Shown: piece by piece, positions 9,701 to 18,894 of the stretch
How the letters are laid out: each line of letters begins with the position of its first letter
How positions within the stretch are numbered: the first letter of the stretch is position 1
DNA from: Bacilli bacterium
Lineage (GTDB): Bacteria > Bacillota_I > Bacilli_A > RFN20 > CAG-826
DNA length: 64,000 bases
Reading direction: 5' to 3'
Assembly: GCA_045597865.1 (NCBI GenBank)
Contig: JAZLKX010000057.1
Span: forward strand, 22,321-86,320
Notes under the pieces: generated by a model
The model's input: the letters and a program-made list of their open reading frames with translations, nothing else
Told to the model about the DNA's origin: nothing
Databases searched by the model: none
Position numbers and translations under genes: made by a program

Positions 9701-11151
9701 CAGACTATCAAGCAGATGCACACAACTTAACCAAAAAGATTTTCGGAGCCGAAAACGTTTTCCGTGCTGGCACAATTGGTACGGTTGCGGATAAAACAGC
9801 ATTTGGTTACGTTAAAAACTACTTTGAATATAAACTCAATACACTTGACACAAGTATGATTCCGACCGAAAGAATCGCATACATGGCATCACATTGTACT
9901 GAAGTTAAACGTACAACAGGACAACACCCAGGTGGTATTGTTGTTCTTCCAAAAGGTAGATCGATTTATGAATTTACCCCAGTTCAATACCCAGCTGATG
10001 ATAATACAGCGGATTGGCTTACAACCCACTTTGATTATCACCCAGCCCTTGAACCACAACTATTAAAACTCGACCTATTAGGGCACGTTGACCCCCTCGC
10101 ATTGCGTCTAATGTCGCTTTTAACAGGTGTTGATGTTAAGAAAATTCCTCTTAATGATAAGAAGGTTATTTCCTTATTTACATCAACTGACGCTTTAAAC
10201 TTAGACGAGAATTACCTTAAATCCAAAACAGGTAGTAGTGGACTTCCTGAATACGGTACTGATACATGTAGTGATATTTTGGTTAAAGCAAAACCTAAAT
10301 CATTCGCTGATGTTGTTGCTATTGCAGGTTTAGCTCACGGTACTAACGTTTGGCAACATAACCAAGAAGATTTAATTAAGAACGGAACAATGACTCTTCA
10401 TGACTGTATTGCAGCTCGTGATGACATTATGAAGTACTTAATCGCTCATGGAGTGCCACCTGAGGTAGCATTCGATACCATGGAAAAGGTTCGTAAAGGA
10501 AAGAAAATTCCTCTTAAACATATTCCAGTTTTAAAGGAACATAACATTCCTGATTACTACATAGATGCATGTAATAAAATCAAATATCTATACCCTAAAG
10601 CCCACGCTGTTGCATACGCGACAATGGCTGTACGTGTTGGATATTTCAAGGTTTATTACCCACTTGAGTTCTATGCCGTTTGGTTCTCTGCTCGTTGTGA
10701 TGCATACGATATTTACGCTATGTTAGGTGGTAAAGAACGTATCATTTCACGTTACGAAGAGATTGAGAGAGCAATGAAAGATAGAAGCATTAAGATTTCT
10801 AATAAGGATAAAGCAATACACGCTATGCTTGAAGTTGCAATTGAAATGGCAGAACGTGGATTCAAGTTTAAAAATATTGATCTTTATAAGTCTCACGCAA
10901 CAGACTTTATATTAGATAAAGAAAATGGTGCATTAATCCCACCATTCATCGTTATTGATGGTTTAGGAGAAGCTGCCGCTCAGTCAGTAGTGGAAGCTAG
11001 AAAAGATGGGGAATTTACTTCTAAAGAAGATTTACTCCGCAGAACTAAACTAAATGGTACTAACGTTGAAGATTTAGACGCTCTAGGCGTTTTAAAAGGA
11101 TTAGGCGATACTGATCAAATGTCATTGTTTGAGTTTGGTCTTGATGCATAA
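6760..11151 (+). CDS. polC: DNA polymerase III PolC-type
   Basis: PHP motif RVELHLHTKMS, embedded exonuclease VFDLETTG...HRADYDA, GSRGSVGSS, KVPDIDLNF, TTGQHPGG. Confidence 0.98.
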   Translation: MNDKMIRFLTSIKLENLDRFDMDFDLVTRNQFKREQVDMLIVKNTPWDADLLEEFQDALETIQYPYSMKFSYVKKPTSFDGEKLFENWHYRHNHYKSDLKVKANGSDIAFYFDDEEQKEKNKSVVKDFKEFLDFIGYKLKIVEILSEKTPEIPNISKNDEPVKVEITKEEESAINAYKTTISEMRHDKELHAKGQSWRDRIPYKKIDDFSTIDENCSNVDIEGQLYGIDKPKIIKSGLTLLTCGIGKGDTGISLKIMENEHDSAELIESLKNEMWVRVLGYVQRDTFKNTIVIDVRAITPIEGPELRKDEEPEKRVELHLHTKMSSMDGVTSIDNYIKLAKNMGHKALALTDHGVVQAFPTAQNVVNDIYKKDCDKAKANNLPMPEKLKILYGCEFYAVNDELPFALNPVDVPLNKATYVVFDLETTGLSTRYDSITEFGGIRFENGQIVKSLDLLINPGRPIPQKIVEKTHITNEMVADKPHIEDVIDQILEFMDGAIIVSHNITFDYGFLKEVMKKLGRGEFIKPAIDTLSLSRYMFPDANAHRLGNLSRHLGMDIYNDEEAHRADYDARILNDVWLAMLAKLTKNNENLKHSDLAKIKSTNAMLKHMRASHVTALAKNEAGVKDMFELVSLSHINYLADVPKTPKREIARLRENLLLGSACCNGDIFEIEMTRSKEELIEAMKFFDFIEVQPPENYMHLVNRGVIDSIDKVKVFITDIVETAQSIGKIVVATGDVHYANPEDKISRDIYISAKAVGGKYHPLRMRDPNIENPNQHFRTTREMLDAFEFLGKDKAYEIVIKNTNLIADMCEAIDPIHDLLCKPEIENSDKILVDSCFSKARELFGDDLPQDIVDRLNKELDGINGNGYSVTYYIAHEIIETAARDGYMVGSRGSVGSSLAAHLYGITEVNPLAPHYRCPKCRHFEYSHDPSIYSGSDLPEKKCPVCGEPMVHDGQDIPFETFLGFHAEKVPDIDLNFPSDYQADAHNLTKKIFGAENVFRAGTIGTVADKTAFGYVKNYFEYKLNTLDTSMIPTERIAYMASHCTEVKRTTGQHPGGIVVLPKGRSIYEFTPVQYPADDNTADWLTTHFDYHPALEPQLLKLDLLGHVDPLALRLMSLLTGVDVKKIPLNDKKVISLFTSTDALNLDENYLKSKTGSSGLPEYGTDTCSDILVKAKPKSFADVVAIAGLAHGTNVWQHNQEDLIKNGTMTLHDCIAARDDIMKYLIAHGVPPEVAFDTMEKVRKGKKIPLKHIPVLKEHNIPDYYIDACNKIKYLYPKAHAVAYATMAVRVGYFKVYYPLEFYAVWFSARCDAYDIYAMLGGKERIISRYEEIERAMKDRSIKISNKDKAIHAMLEVAIEMAERGFKFKNIDLYKSHATDFILDKENGALIPPFIVIDGLGEAAAQSVVEARKDGEFTSKEDLLRRTKLNGTNVEDLDALGVLKGLGDTDQMSLFEFGLDA

Positions 11152-11153
11152 GT

Positions 11154-11229
11154 CGGGGCATAGCACATCTGGTAGTGCGCTAAGTTCGGGACTTAGAGGT
11201 GGTGAGTTCGAGTCTCACTGCTCCGACCA
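11154..11229 (+). tRNA. tRNA-Pro(CGG)
   Basis: Cloverleaf; anticodon arm CTAAG-TTCGGGA-CTTAG; GTTCGAG T-loop; encoded CCA. Confidence 0.93.
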
Positions 11230-11232
11230 TTC

Positions 11233-11309
11233 GCGCCTGTAGCTCAAATGGATAGAGCGTCCCCCTCCTAAGGGGAAGGTTGAACGTTCAACTCGTTTCA
11301 GGCGCGCCA
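11233..11309 (+). tRNA. tRNA-Arg(CCT)
   Basis: GCGCCTG/CAGGCGC acceptor; TCCCC-CTCCTAA-GGGGA; CCA. Confidence 0.93.
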
Positions 11310-11369
11310 ACTGCATCGCATGTTTCTATTGAAAATAGATAGAAATATAGTATTATATAATTCGTTGTT

Positions 11370-11445
11370 GGGCCTGTAGCTCACCTGGGAGAGCGCCTCC
11401 ATGGCATGGAGGAGGTAGCCGGTTCGATCCCGGTCAGGTCCACCA
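11370..11445 (+). tRNA. tRNA-Ala(GGC)
   Basis: G3:U70 pair; CCTCC-ATGGCAT-GGAGG; CCA. Confidence 0.95.
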
Positions 11446-11458
11446 GAACTAAAAAAAT

Positions 11459-11484
11459 ACTTCGACTCGTTCGAAGTTTTTTTA
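11459..11484 (+). terminator. Rho-independent terminator
   Basis: ACTTCGA-CTCGT-TCGAAGT plus T run. Confidence 0.7.
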
Positions 11485-11539
11485 TACAAAAAATGTGAAT
11501 AATTTGTATAATATTTTTAGAAAATCGGAGGCAAAGTTT

Positions 11540-13228
11540 ATGGATAATAAAAAACTTTTTACCAACCATCGTTATTTTTATTTTATAACAGAACTATTTG
11601 TTGGAATTGCTTTGATGGGCATTGAAATGTCTGCATCTAGACTTATTGCAGTTTACTTTTCATCATCTCAAATAGTTTGGACAATCATCATTGGTGTAAT
11701 CATGATTGCAATGGCAATTGGCAATTATTGGGGCGGCCATCAAGCAGATAAAAAACCATCATTAAAACGACTTTATTTTGAGTTATTATTCGCTGGTGCA
11801 TGGATTGTTTTGATCCCATTTGTTGGACCATTTATTATTGGTGGCGTTTCAGTCATTCTCGCTCTTTTTGTGACAAGTAATTTAGTTATTTGGGCATCGT
11901 TATTTTCGTGCCTAATTATCTTTGTTCCTCCTCTATTATTTTTGGGTAAAGTTACACCATCTTTAATCAAGTTTTCTTTGGATCAAAAAGTATCTGGAAA
12001 AGTTATCGGATTACTTGAAGCTTTGAATACAATTGGCTCGATCGTAGGAACCTTCCTTCCAACATTCTTGACCATTCCATTTATAGGTACTTCAAACTCA
12101 TTTGTTTTATTCGGCTCAATGATAGCTGTACTCGGCTTAATTTATGTCGTAACTTTCTATATTGATTATTTTAAAAATCAACCTAAAAAAGAAGTTGCAA
12201 CCAAAGACAAAGAAGAAGAGAAAATAATTAAGAAAAACAGGAAAAATCACGTAAAATCCCTCATATTCTCAGGTATTTTCTCTATTTTATGGATTACTGG
12301 AATGGTGGTTTCAAGTAATGCGTCTCCGATATTTTGGGGTGATAAAACTGTAGTTGTTGAAACGGATTCTATGTATAACTATTTAAAGGTTAGCAAAGAA
12401 GGAAAAAGAACCTCATTTTCCACCAACGTTTTGTTTGGAGTTCAGTCTTGTATTAATGACGATTATTCATTAACAGGAATGTATTATGACACCCTATTAG
12501 TATCGCCTTATTTAGTGAAGGAAAATCCTAAAGTTTTGGTACTCGGAAATGGTACAGGAACTTATGCAACAATGATGAAGGATTTTCTACATTGTGAATG
12601 TGATATTACTGCAGTAGAAATTGACCAGAAAATTATCGACTTATCTTACAAGTATTTTAAGATGAACAAAGACGTTAATGTTATCTGTGATGATGGCAGA
12701 AACTTCATTGCTAGAGACAAAAATACTTATGATATTATTCTTGTTGATGCCTACTCATCAATTTCAGCTCCTTTCCATATGACAACAGTAGAGTTTTTTA
12801 CTCTTGTGAGAGATCATTTATCAAATGATGGAATTATGATGATGAACATTAATATGCGTTCGGCTGCAAAAGGTTCAATTAATGAAGTTCTTTGTGATAC
12901 AGCATATAGTGTTTTTGGAAATTTGTGTTCATGTTCTTCTTCTAGCGGAATGGAAGTCTTTGCATCTAAGAATAATGAAACAAATTTGATTAAAAAAATA
13001 AAAGCTATATCAATTAAAGATGGACAACTTGAATACGTAATTGATAGTTTGAAAAGAAATATTAAACCTCACGTTGATACAGGTTTAAGACTTTATGATG
13101 ATACAGCAGATGTTGAAATGAGAAGTATTCAAACATTAGATGTTATTGTTCAAGAAGAAGTTAATTATTATAAGGATATATATAGAAAAGAAGGCTTAGA
13201 CGGTTTACTTAAAAGATTACTTGGATAA
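11540..13228 (+). CDS. Fused MFS-like membrane domain / spermidine synthase-like SAM-dependent domain
   Basis: N-terminal TM segments (GIEMSASRL, NTIGSIVGTF); C-terminal VLVLGNGTG, AVEIDQ, DDGRNF, YDIILVDAY; start at ATG after GGAGG. Confidence 0.85.
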   Translation: MDNKKLFTNHRYFYFITELFVGIALMGIEMSASRLIAVYFSSSQIVWTIIIGVIMIAMAIGNYWGGHQADKKPSLKRLYFELLFAGAWIVLIPFVGPFIIGGVSVILALFVTSNLVIWASLFSCLIIFVPPLLFLGKVTPSLIKFSLDQKVSGKVIGLLEALNTIGSIVGTFLPTFLTIPFIGTSNSFVLFGSMIAVLGLIYVVTFYIDYFKNQPKKEVATKDKEEEKIIKKNRKNHVKSLIFSGIFSILWITGMVVSSNASPIFWGDKTVVVETDSMYNYLKVSKEGKRTSFSTNVLFGVQSCINDDYSLTGMYYDTLLVSPYLVKENPKVLVLGNGTGTYATMMKDFLHCECDITAVEIDQKIIDLSYKYFKMNKDVNVICDDGRNFIARDKNTYDIILVDAYSSISAPFHMTTVEFFTLVRDHLSNDGIMMMNINMRSAAKGSINEVLCDTAYSVFGNLCSCSSSSGMEVFASKNNETNLIKKIKAISIKDGQLEYVIDSLKRNIKPHVDTGLRLYDDTADVEMRSIQTLDVIVQEEVNYYKDIYRKEGLDGLLKRLLG

Positions 13229-13248
13229 TTAGTAATTTTTACTAATGA

Positions 13249-13273
13249 TAAAACCGCTTACATTTGGTATACT
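13249..13273 (+). promoter_or_regulatory. cre/LacI-like operator next to an extended -10 promoter
   Basis: Reverse complement of 13249-13262 is TGTAAGCGGTTTTA, one mismatch from cre TGWAANCGNTNWCA; TG-G-TATACT at 13265-13273. Confidence 0.5.
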
Positions 13274-13329
13274 TTAATTACTAAAGTGCGAAAGCACATA
13301 AAGGAGGATACCAGTTGGTATAAAAACAT

Positions 13330-14853
13330 ATGGCTTATAATGGATTCGCTATTGATGAGTATTTAGACGCTATTCAAGTAACTAAAGATCTCGATGAATT
13401 AATTAAAAAACCAATTTTCTCTATTAAACCAGATGCTTTAAAGGTTTATGAGGAAGAATACTTCGGTAAGAAGTGTCAAAAATCAAAGGAAATGATTGAT
13501 AAAGCTAAGGATATTATTCCTGGCGGTGTTCAACATAACCTTGCATTTAACTATCCATTCCCAATTGTTATGACTAAAGCTTTAGGCAATAAGTTATACG
13601 ATATTGATGGAAATGAATACTTCGACTTACTTCAAGCTGGCGGACCTACACTTTTAGGTTCAAACGACCCAGTTGTTAGAGAAAAAGTTATCGAATTACT
13701 TAATACATGTGGCCCTTCAACAGGTTTATTCCACGAATATGAATACAAACTTGCAGAACTCATTCACCAATGCGTTCCATCAGTTGAAAAATTCAGAATG
13801 TTAGGTTCTGGAACTGAAGCTTGTATGTGTGCTTTACGTATCGCAAGACTTAAAACAGGACATAAGAACGTATTAAAAATGGGTGGAGCTTACCATGGTT
13901 GGTCAGATCAAATGGCCTATGGCATGAGAGTTCCAGGAACTAAAAACATCAAATCCGGTGGTGTTCCAATGTTCGTCTTTAAACACACAGACGAATTCTT
14001 CCCAGGAGATTTAAAATCACTCAAACGTAAATTAAGAAGAAATAGATTACGTGGTGGTACAGCCGCAGTTTATATTGAACCAATCGGCCCAGAATCAGGT
14101 ACAAGACCAGTTACAAAAGAATTCGTCCAAGGATGTGAAAAGTTAGCACATAAGTATGGCGCATTGCTCGTTTGTGACGAAGTTGTCTCAGGTTTTAGAA
14201 TTGGTGTTGGTGGTGCCCAAGCATACTATGGCATTGATCCAGATTTAACAATTTTTGGTAAGATTGTTGCTGGCGGTTATCCAGGTGCTGGTGGTGTCGG
14301 TGGACATGCTGACTGTATGGCTCATTTAGGCGCAGGACTCGATACAGGTGGTGCCAAAAAGGGCAAAAAGAAAGCTAAAAAGATTAAAAAAGCAATGTGT
14401 GGTGGAACAATGGCTGCTACACCAATCAGCTGTGTTGCCGGTTACTATGCTATTAGCGAAATTATTAAACGTAACGCTTGTGAAGTCGCAGGACGTATGG
14501 GTGATCGTTTAACAAAAGGCTTACAAGAATTAATTAAGAAGTATAACTTACCATTCGTTGCATTTAACATTGGTTCAGTTTGTCACTTAGATACAGTTGG
14601 CACAATGCATTTTTGCATTAACTGGAAGAAGATTTGGACAATTCCTCATGTCTTAAAAGAAACAACCAAGAGACAAAGAGAAATGGAACACATGGGTGCT
14701 GCTTACATGGCAGAAGGTATTGTTACCCTCGCAGGTTCAAGACTTTATACTTCAGCAGCTTATACTGAAGCAGACATTGATGAAGTTTTAAGAAGATTTG
14801 AAAATGTCTTTAAAAACTGTGCTCAACTTGAATTCCCGGATCAAAAGAAATAA
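13330..14853 (+). CDS. Class III PLP aminotransferase (HemL-like fold, substrate unknown)
   Basis: IPGGVQHN, YDIDGNEY, GSGTEA, AYHGW, DEVVSGFR, FGKIVAGGYP (PLP lysine). Confidence 0.88.
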   Translation: MAYNGFAIDEYLDAIQVTKDLDELIKKPIFSIKPDALKVYEEEYFGKKCQKSKEMIDKAKDIIPGGVQHNLAFNYPFPIVMTKALGNKLYDIDGNEYFDLLQAGGPTLLGSNDPVVREKVIELLNTCGPSTGLFHEYEYKLAELIHQCVPSVEKFRMLGSGTEACMCALRIARLKTGHKNVLKMGGAYHGWSDQMAYGMRVPGTKNIKSGGVPMFVFKHTDEFFPGDLKSLKRKLRRNRLRGGTAAVYIEPIGPESGTRPVTKEFVQGCEKLAHKYGALLVCDEVVSGFRIGVGGAQAYYGIDPDLTIFGKIVAGGYPGAGGVGGHADCMAHLGAGLDTGGAKKGKKKAKKIKKAMCGGTMAATPISCVAGYYAISEIIKRNACEVAGRMGDRLTKGLQELIKKYNLPFVAFNIGSVCHLDTVGTMHFCINWKKIWTIPHVLKETTKRQREMEHMGAAYMAEGIVTLAGSRLYTSAAYTEADIDEVLRRFENVFKNCAQLEFPDQKK

Positions 14854-14855
14854 TT

Positions 14856-15635
14856 ATGGCTTACACAATTGAAGAAGCTAAAAGATTAATCATAAAGGCT
14901 GGCCTAGAGCTTTGTGAAAAGAAACTCATTGCCAGAACTTGGGGCAATATCTCAGCTCGTATTTCTGATACAGAGTTTGTAATTACCCCAAGTGGAATCC
15001 CTTATGATAAGGTTAATAATGACAATTTAGTCGTTGTTAAAATTGAAGATTGTTCGTGGAGCGGTGAAGTTAAGCCAAGTGGTGAAAAAAAGGTACATGC
15101 TGCCATTTATAAAGCCCGTCCAGGGGTTAATTTTATTCTCCACACCCATCAAAACTACGCTACAGCTATCTCGGTAGATGGTAAGGATAAGGACTTTGTT
15201 CCAGTTGCCAAGTATGGACTTCCATCAACAAAGAAACTTGTCAAGAATATTGGAAAGGCAGTTGTTGCAAACCCAGATAAAAATGCTGTTTTAATGGCAC
15301 GTCATGGTGCAGTAATTTATTCTGACAACTATGACGATGCTTTTAAGATTGCTTTAGATCTTGAAGAACAATCAAAAGCTTTATTTGATAAGGTTGCTAC
15401 TAAAAAGACTGAAAAGCAGGAAGCAAAACCTTATTTAGATGACTACGCACAAATGTTTGGTCATTCAAGTAAAGCAGTTGAAGAAGATAAAGAAGCTGTT
15501 GAATTAATTAAATTCAAGAACTCTCTAGCTGCTTCATATCAAAGTAAATTAAAACCAATGAAATGTTTAGACGTTACATTACAACATTTTATTTATAAAA
15601 AGAAATACTCAAAATTAGCTAAAAACGCTAAATAG
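14856..15635 (+). CDS. Class II aldolase/adducin family protein (AraD/FucA-like)
   Basis: TWGNISAR, ITPSG, KPSGEKKVH, HTH metal ligands, MARHGA. Confidence 0.88.
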   Translation: MAYTIEEAKRLIIKAGLELCEKKLIARTWGNISARISDTEFVITPSGIPYDKVNNDNLVVVKIEDCSWSGEVKPSGEKKVHAAIYKARPGVNFILHTHQNYATAISVDGKDKDFVPVAKYGLPSTKKLVKNIGKAVVANPDKNAVLMARHGAVIYSDNYDDAFKIALDLEEQSKALFDKVATKKTEKQEAKPYLDDYAQMFGHSSKAVEEDKEAVELIKFKNSLAASYQSKLKPMKCLDVTLQHFIYKKKYSKLAKNAK

Positions 15636-15644
15636 GAGAATTAT

Positions 15645-17246
15645 ATGAAATATGTAATTGCGTATGACATAGGTACTACCGGAGTAAAGACCTGTATTTT
15701 TAAACTTGCAGACTCAATTGAATTAGTCGCAGGTTGTTCTGCAGCGTATCCTTTATTCGTTTTGCCAAATGGTGGTGCCGAACAAGACCCAGATGACTGG
15801 TGGAAAGGAATGTGTGACTCTACTAAAGCTGTTTTAGAAAAAAGTGGAGTTAAACCAGAAGAAATTGAAGGCTTATCATTCTGTTCACAAGCACAAGGTG
15901 TTGTTTTAGTAGATAAAGAAGGAAAACCAGTAAGACGCGCTATGTCTTATATGGACCAAAGAGCTACTGAAGAAGTTAAAAAGGGTATCTCATATGGTTT
16001 ACAAATCGCAGGCGCTAACATTTTTAAACTGTTGCCAAGTTTAGTTATTACAGGCGCTGTTACTTCATCTGCAAAAGACCCAGTTTGGAAATACAAATGG
16101 GTTGAAGCACATGAACCAGAAGTCTTTAAAAAGATCTATAAGTGGCTAGACGTTAAGGATTATTTGATATGTCGTTGTACTAAAGAGTTTACAATGACTG
16201 ATGATACAGCATTTGGCACACTCATTTACGATAATAGACCTGGTAAAGGCGGTTGTTTCTCTAAAAAGATGTGCAAAATGTTTAAAATTAACATGGATCA
16301 TTTACCACGTATTATTCGCTCAACAGATGTTGCGGGTGAACTTTGCGAAGAGGCAGCTAAAGATTTAGGGCTTAAAGCTGGAACCAAAGTTTTTGGCGGT
16401 GGCGGTGACTCTAGTTTAATAGGTATTGGCGCAGGCGCGACACAAGTTGGTGATACACACGTTTACGTTGGAACTTCAGGTTGGGTTATTACCGTTACAG
16501 ATAAACGTATGGTTGATACATCTGCTATGATTGCAGCCATTACAGGTGCTGATGCAGGTAAGTTCAACTACTTTGCTGAAATGGAAACAGCAGGCAAGTG
16601 TTATGAATGGGTTCATGACCACCTAGCATTAGACGAAATTAACATTTATCTTGAGCAATATGGCAAACATCCAGGCTTTGAAGGCGAAAGAAGAACAATG
16701 TATGAGTTCTTAAACGAAACAATTAAAGATGTTAAACCAGGAAGCAATGGTGTTATCTTTACTCCATGGCTTCATGGTAATAGATGTCCATTCGAAGATC
16801 CACATTGTACAGGTATGTTCTTTGGATTAAAGATTGATACAGGCAAGCGCGATATGATTCGTTCAGTTCTTGAAGGCATTTATTATCATTTAAGATGGAT
16901 GATGGAATGCGAAAGCAAGAAATTAGACCTCAAAGACACAGTTAGATTCTGTGGTGGTGGAGCATTATCCCCTATCGCATGTCAAATTTTATGTGATATT
17001 TTAGGTAAAAAGCTTGAAATTGTTGATCATCCTCAAAACGTTGGCGCAATGGGTGCAGCAGCAGTTATGGGCATTGGTTTAGGCCTTATTAAAAACTTTG
17101 ATGAAGTTAAAGGTTACATTCCAGTAAAAGCAACCTTTGAACCAAATATGGAAAATCACAAACTTTATGAGCCTTACTATCAAACATTTAAGATGCTACA
17201 TAAAGCAAACAAAAAGATGTTTACATTAATTGAAGGAGACAAATAA
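15645..17246 (+). CDS. FGGY-family carbohydrate (pentulose-type) kinase
   Basis: IAYDIGTTGVK, AEQDPDDWW, GGGGDS, YVGTSGW, PWLHGNRCP, RSVLEG. Confidence 0.9.
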   Translation: MKYVIAYDIGTTGVKTCIFKLADSIELVAGCSAAYPLFVLPNGGAEQDPDDWWKGMCDSTKAVLEKSGVKPEEIEGLSFCSQAQGVVLVDKEGKPVRRAMSYMDQRATEEVKKGISYGLQIAGANIFKLLPSLVITGAVTSSAKDPVWKYKWVEAHEPEVFKKIYKWLDVKDYLICRCTKEFTMTDDTAFGTLIYDNRPGKGGCFSKKMCKMFKINMDHLPRIIRSTDVAGELCEEAAKDLGLKAGTKVFGGGGDSSLIGIGAGATQVGDTHVYVGTSGWVITVTDKRMVDTSAMIAAITGADAGKFNYFAEMETAGKCYEWVHDHLALDEINIYLEQYGKHPGFEGERRTMYEFLNETIKDVKPGSNGVIFTPWLHGNRCPFEDPHCTGMFFGLKIDTGKRDMIRSVLEGIYYHLRWMMECESKKLDLKDTVRFCGGGALSPIACQILCDILGKKLEIVDHPQNVGAMGAAAVMGIGLGLIKNFDEVKGYIPVKATFEPNMENHKLYEPYYQTFKMLHKANKKMFTLIEGDK

Positions 17247-17247
17247 A

Positions 17248-17724
17248 ATGGAAGCACAAAAGAAGAAAGAAGTAATTCGTACATTAAAATATGTACTTAT
17301 TGCAGCATCAGCAGGTATTATTCAATTTGGATCAACAGCTATTTTAAACTTAATTTGGCCTGTTGAAAAATTCTCAAATGGACCAGTTTTATTCTATTTA
17401 ATTGGTTTAATTTTATCAGTTGTTTGGAATTTAACTATAAACAGAAAATACACATTTAAGAGTGCAAGTAATATGGGAATTGCAATCTTATGGACAATTG
17501 GATTTTACATTATTTTTGCTCCAGCCTCATTATTATTACAAGGTTGGTTAACCAATGGTGTTTTAATTGAAAATTCTTCATTGGTTCTTAATACATACCT
17601 TGGTTGGCATGCCCTCATTGGCACAGCCATCTGTATGGTTTTAAATTTAGGTCTTGAATATCCATTTCAAAGATTTATTGTCTTTAGAAATTCAATTGAC
17701 CAAACAGATAAGAAAGATAATTAA
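17248..17724 (+). CDS. GtrA-family membrane protein
   Basis: Four TM segments; SVVWNLTINRKYTF and YPFQRFIVF motifs; GAAGGAG RBS. Confidence 0.8.
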   Translation: MEAQKKKEVIRTLKYVLIAASAGIIQFGSTAILNLIWPVEKFSNGPVLFYLIGLILSVVWNLTINRKYTFKSASNMGIAILWTIGFYIIFAPASLLLQGWLTNGVLIENSSLVLNTYLGWHALIGTAICMVLNLGLEYPFQRFIVFRNSIDQTDKKDN

Positions 17725-17730
17725 TAAAAC

Positions 17731-17764
17731 AAAAGCATCTCAATCAAACGAACGAGATGCTTTT
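17731..17764. terminator. Bidirectional terminator
   Basis: AAAAGCATCTC...GAGATGCTTTT between convergent genes. Confidence 0.75.
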
Positions 17765-17765
17765 T

Positions 17766-18212
17766 TTATTTCAAATTTTTAATTATATCTTCACAGCATT
17801 GCCATATTTCATTAATGACAATTTCATACTCTCCGCTATACCACGGGTCATCGATAGTGCCCACACGGGACGAATATTTCGATATTAATTGATACTTATT
17901 AGCGTAATCATCTATTAAATAATTTAGATATCGCAGATTGTTGTTATCCATATAAAAAATGACGTCTGCTTTTTCGTAATCTTCTTTAGTTATTCTTGTT
18001 GCGTGATGTTCTCCAAATGGAATATTGTGGTTTCTTAGTGCACGTTTCATTGGTGGATAGATGTCATTTCCAATTTCTTCAGTTGAAGTGGCACGCGAGT
18101 AAACTTCAAATCTGTCTTCCATTTGATATTTTTGCATCAACAATTTGAAAATCCACTCAGCTGCAACTGAGCGGCAAATGTTGCCATGACATACAAAAAT
18201 AATTGTTTTCAT
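17766..18212 (-). CDS. Low-molecular-weight protein tyrosine phosphatase
   Basis: FVCHGNICRS P-loop; IDDPWY. Confidence 0.93.
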   Translation of the reverse strand: MKTIIFVCHGNICRSVAAEWIFKLLMQKYQMEDRFEVYSRATSTEEIGNDIYPPMKRALRNHNIPFGEHHATRITKEDYEKADVIFYMDNNNLRYLNYLIDDYANKYQLISKYSSRVGTIDDPWYSGEYEIVINEIWQCCEDIIKNLK

Positions 18213-18267
18213 ATAAAATATTAAAACACATTTTGAATTTTGTGGTAAGATACTATGCGAGGTTTTT

Positions 18268-18663
18268 ATGAAACGCGAAGTATTTGTAGTTGCTGGTGCA
18301 ATCGTAAAAGATGGTAAAGTATTTGCTGCTCAACGTGGTAACAAAGGTAAAACAGCTTTTAAGTTTGAATTCCCAGGCGGAAAAATTGAACCAGGAGAAA
18401 CTCCTGAGCAAGCTTTAGCACGCGAACTTCGTGAAGAACTTTCAATAAATGTTGAAGTTCATGAATTAATAACCGCAATTGTTGATGAATATGAGGATGT
18501 AATCCTCCACATCGATACTTATCGTTGTACTTTAATTTCAGGTACTCCAACTTTATCTGAACACATTGCTTTGGCATGGTCAAATAAAGAAGAACTGGAT
18601 AACCTTGAATTTTCTCCTGCAGATAAACCAACTCTGGAGAAGATCAAAAACCTGTATCTTTAA
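18268..18663 (+). CDS. MutT-like Nudix hydrolase
   Basis: EFPGGKIEPGETPEQALARELREEL Nudix box; PAD near the C-terminus. Confidence 0.9.
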   Translation: MKREVFVVAGAIVKDGKVFAAQRGNKGKTAFKFEFPGGKIEPGETPEQALARELREELSINVEVHELITAIVDEYEDVILHIDTYRCTLISGTPTLSEHIALAWSNKEELDNLEFSPADKPTLEKIKNLYL

Positions 18664-18673
18664 TTAAAGAAAT

Positions 18674-18756
18674 GCAGCGGTGGCGGAATTGGTATACGCT
18701 CAGGCCTCAGAAACCTGTCCGAAAGGGTGTGAGTTCAAGTCTCACCCGCTGCACCA
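18674..18756 (+). tRNA. tRNA-Leu(CAG)
   Basis: GCAGCGG/CCGCTGC acceptor; CT-CAG-AA loop; variable arm; CCA. Confidence 0.9.
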
Positions 18757-18798
18757 ATTGTTGAAAATCTTTGATTGTTCTTGTAGAATAATCGCACT

Positions 18799-18883
18799 GC
18801 CCAAGTGGTGAAATTGGTAGACGCAATGGACTCAAAATCCATCGGAGCGATCCATGCCGGTTCGAGTCCGGCCTTGGGCACCA
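18799..18883 (+). tRNA. tRNA-Leu(CAA)
   Basis: GCCCAAG/CTTGGGC; ATGGA-CTCAAAA-TCCAT; variable arm; CCA. Confidence 0.94.
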
Positions 18884-18894
18884 GCTTAAATTTT

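Noticed and set aside
6760-11151. Intein or intron in polC
   Set aside because: Length and domain order are normal for PolC; no splicing motifs seen
11298-11569. ORFs 11298-11489 and 11381-11569 (also 40374-40652 and the 18805 extended start)
   Set aside because: They overlap clear tRNA genes and are translation artefacts
13330-14853. Calling the aminotransferase hemL
   Set aside because: No tetrapyrrole genes nearby, about 80 aa longer than HemL, and within a sugar kinase/aldolase operon
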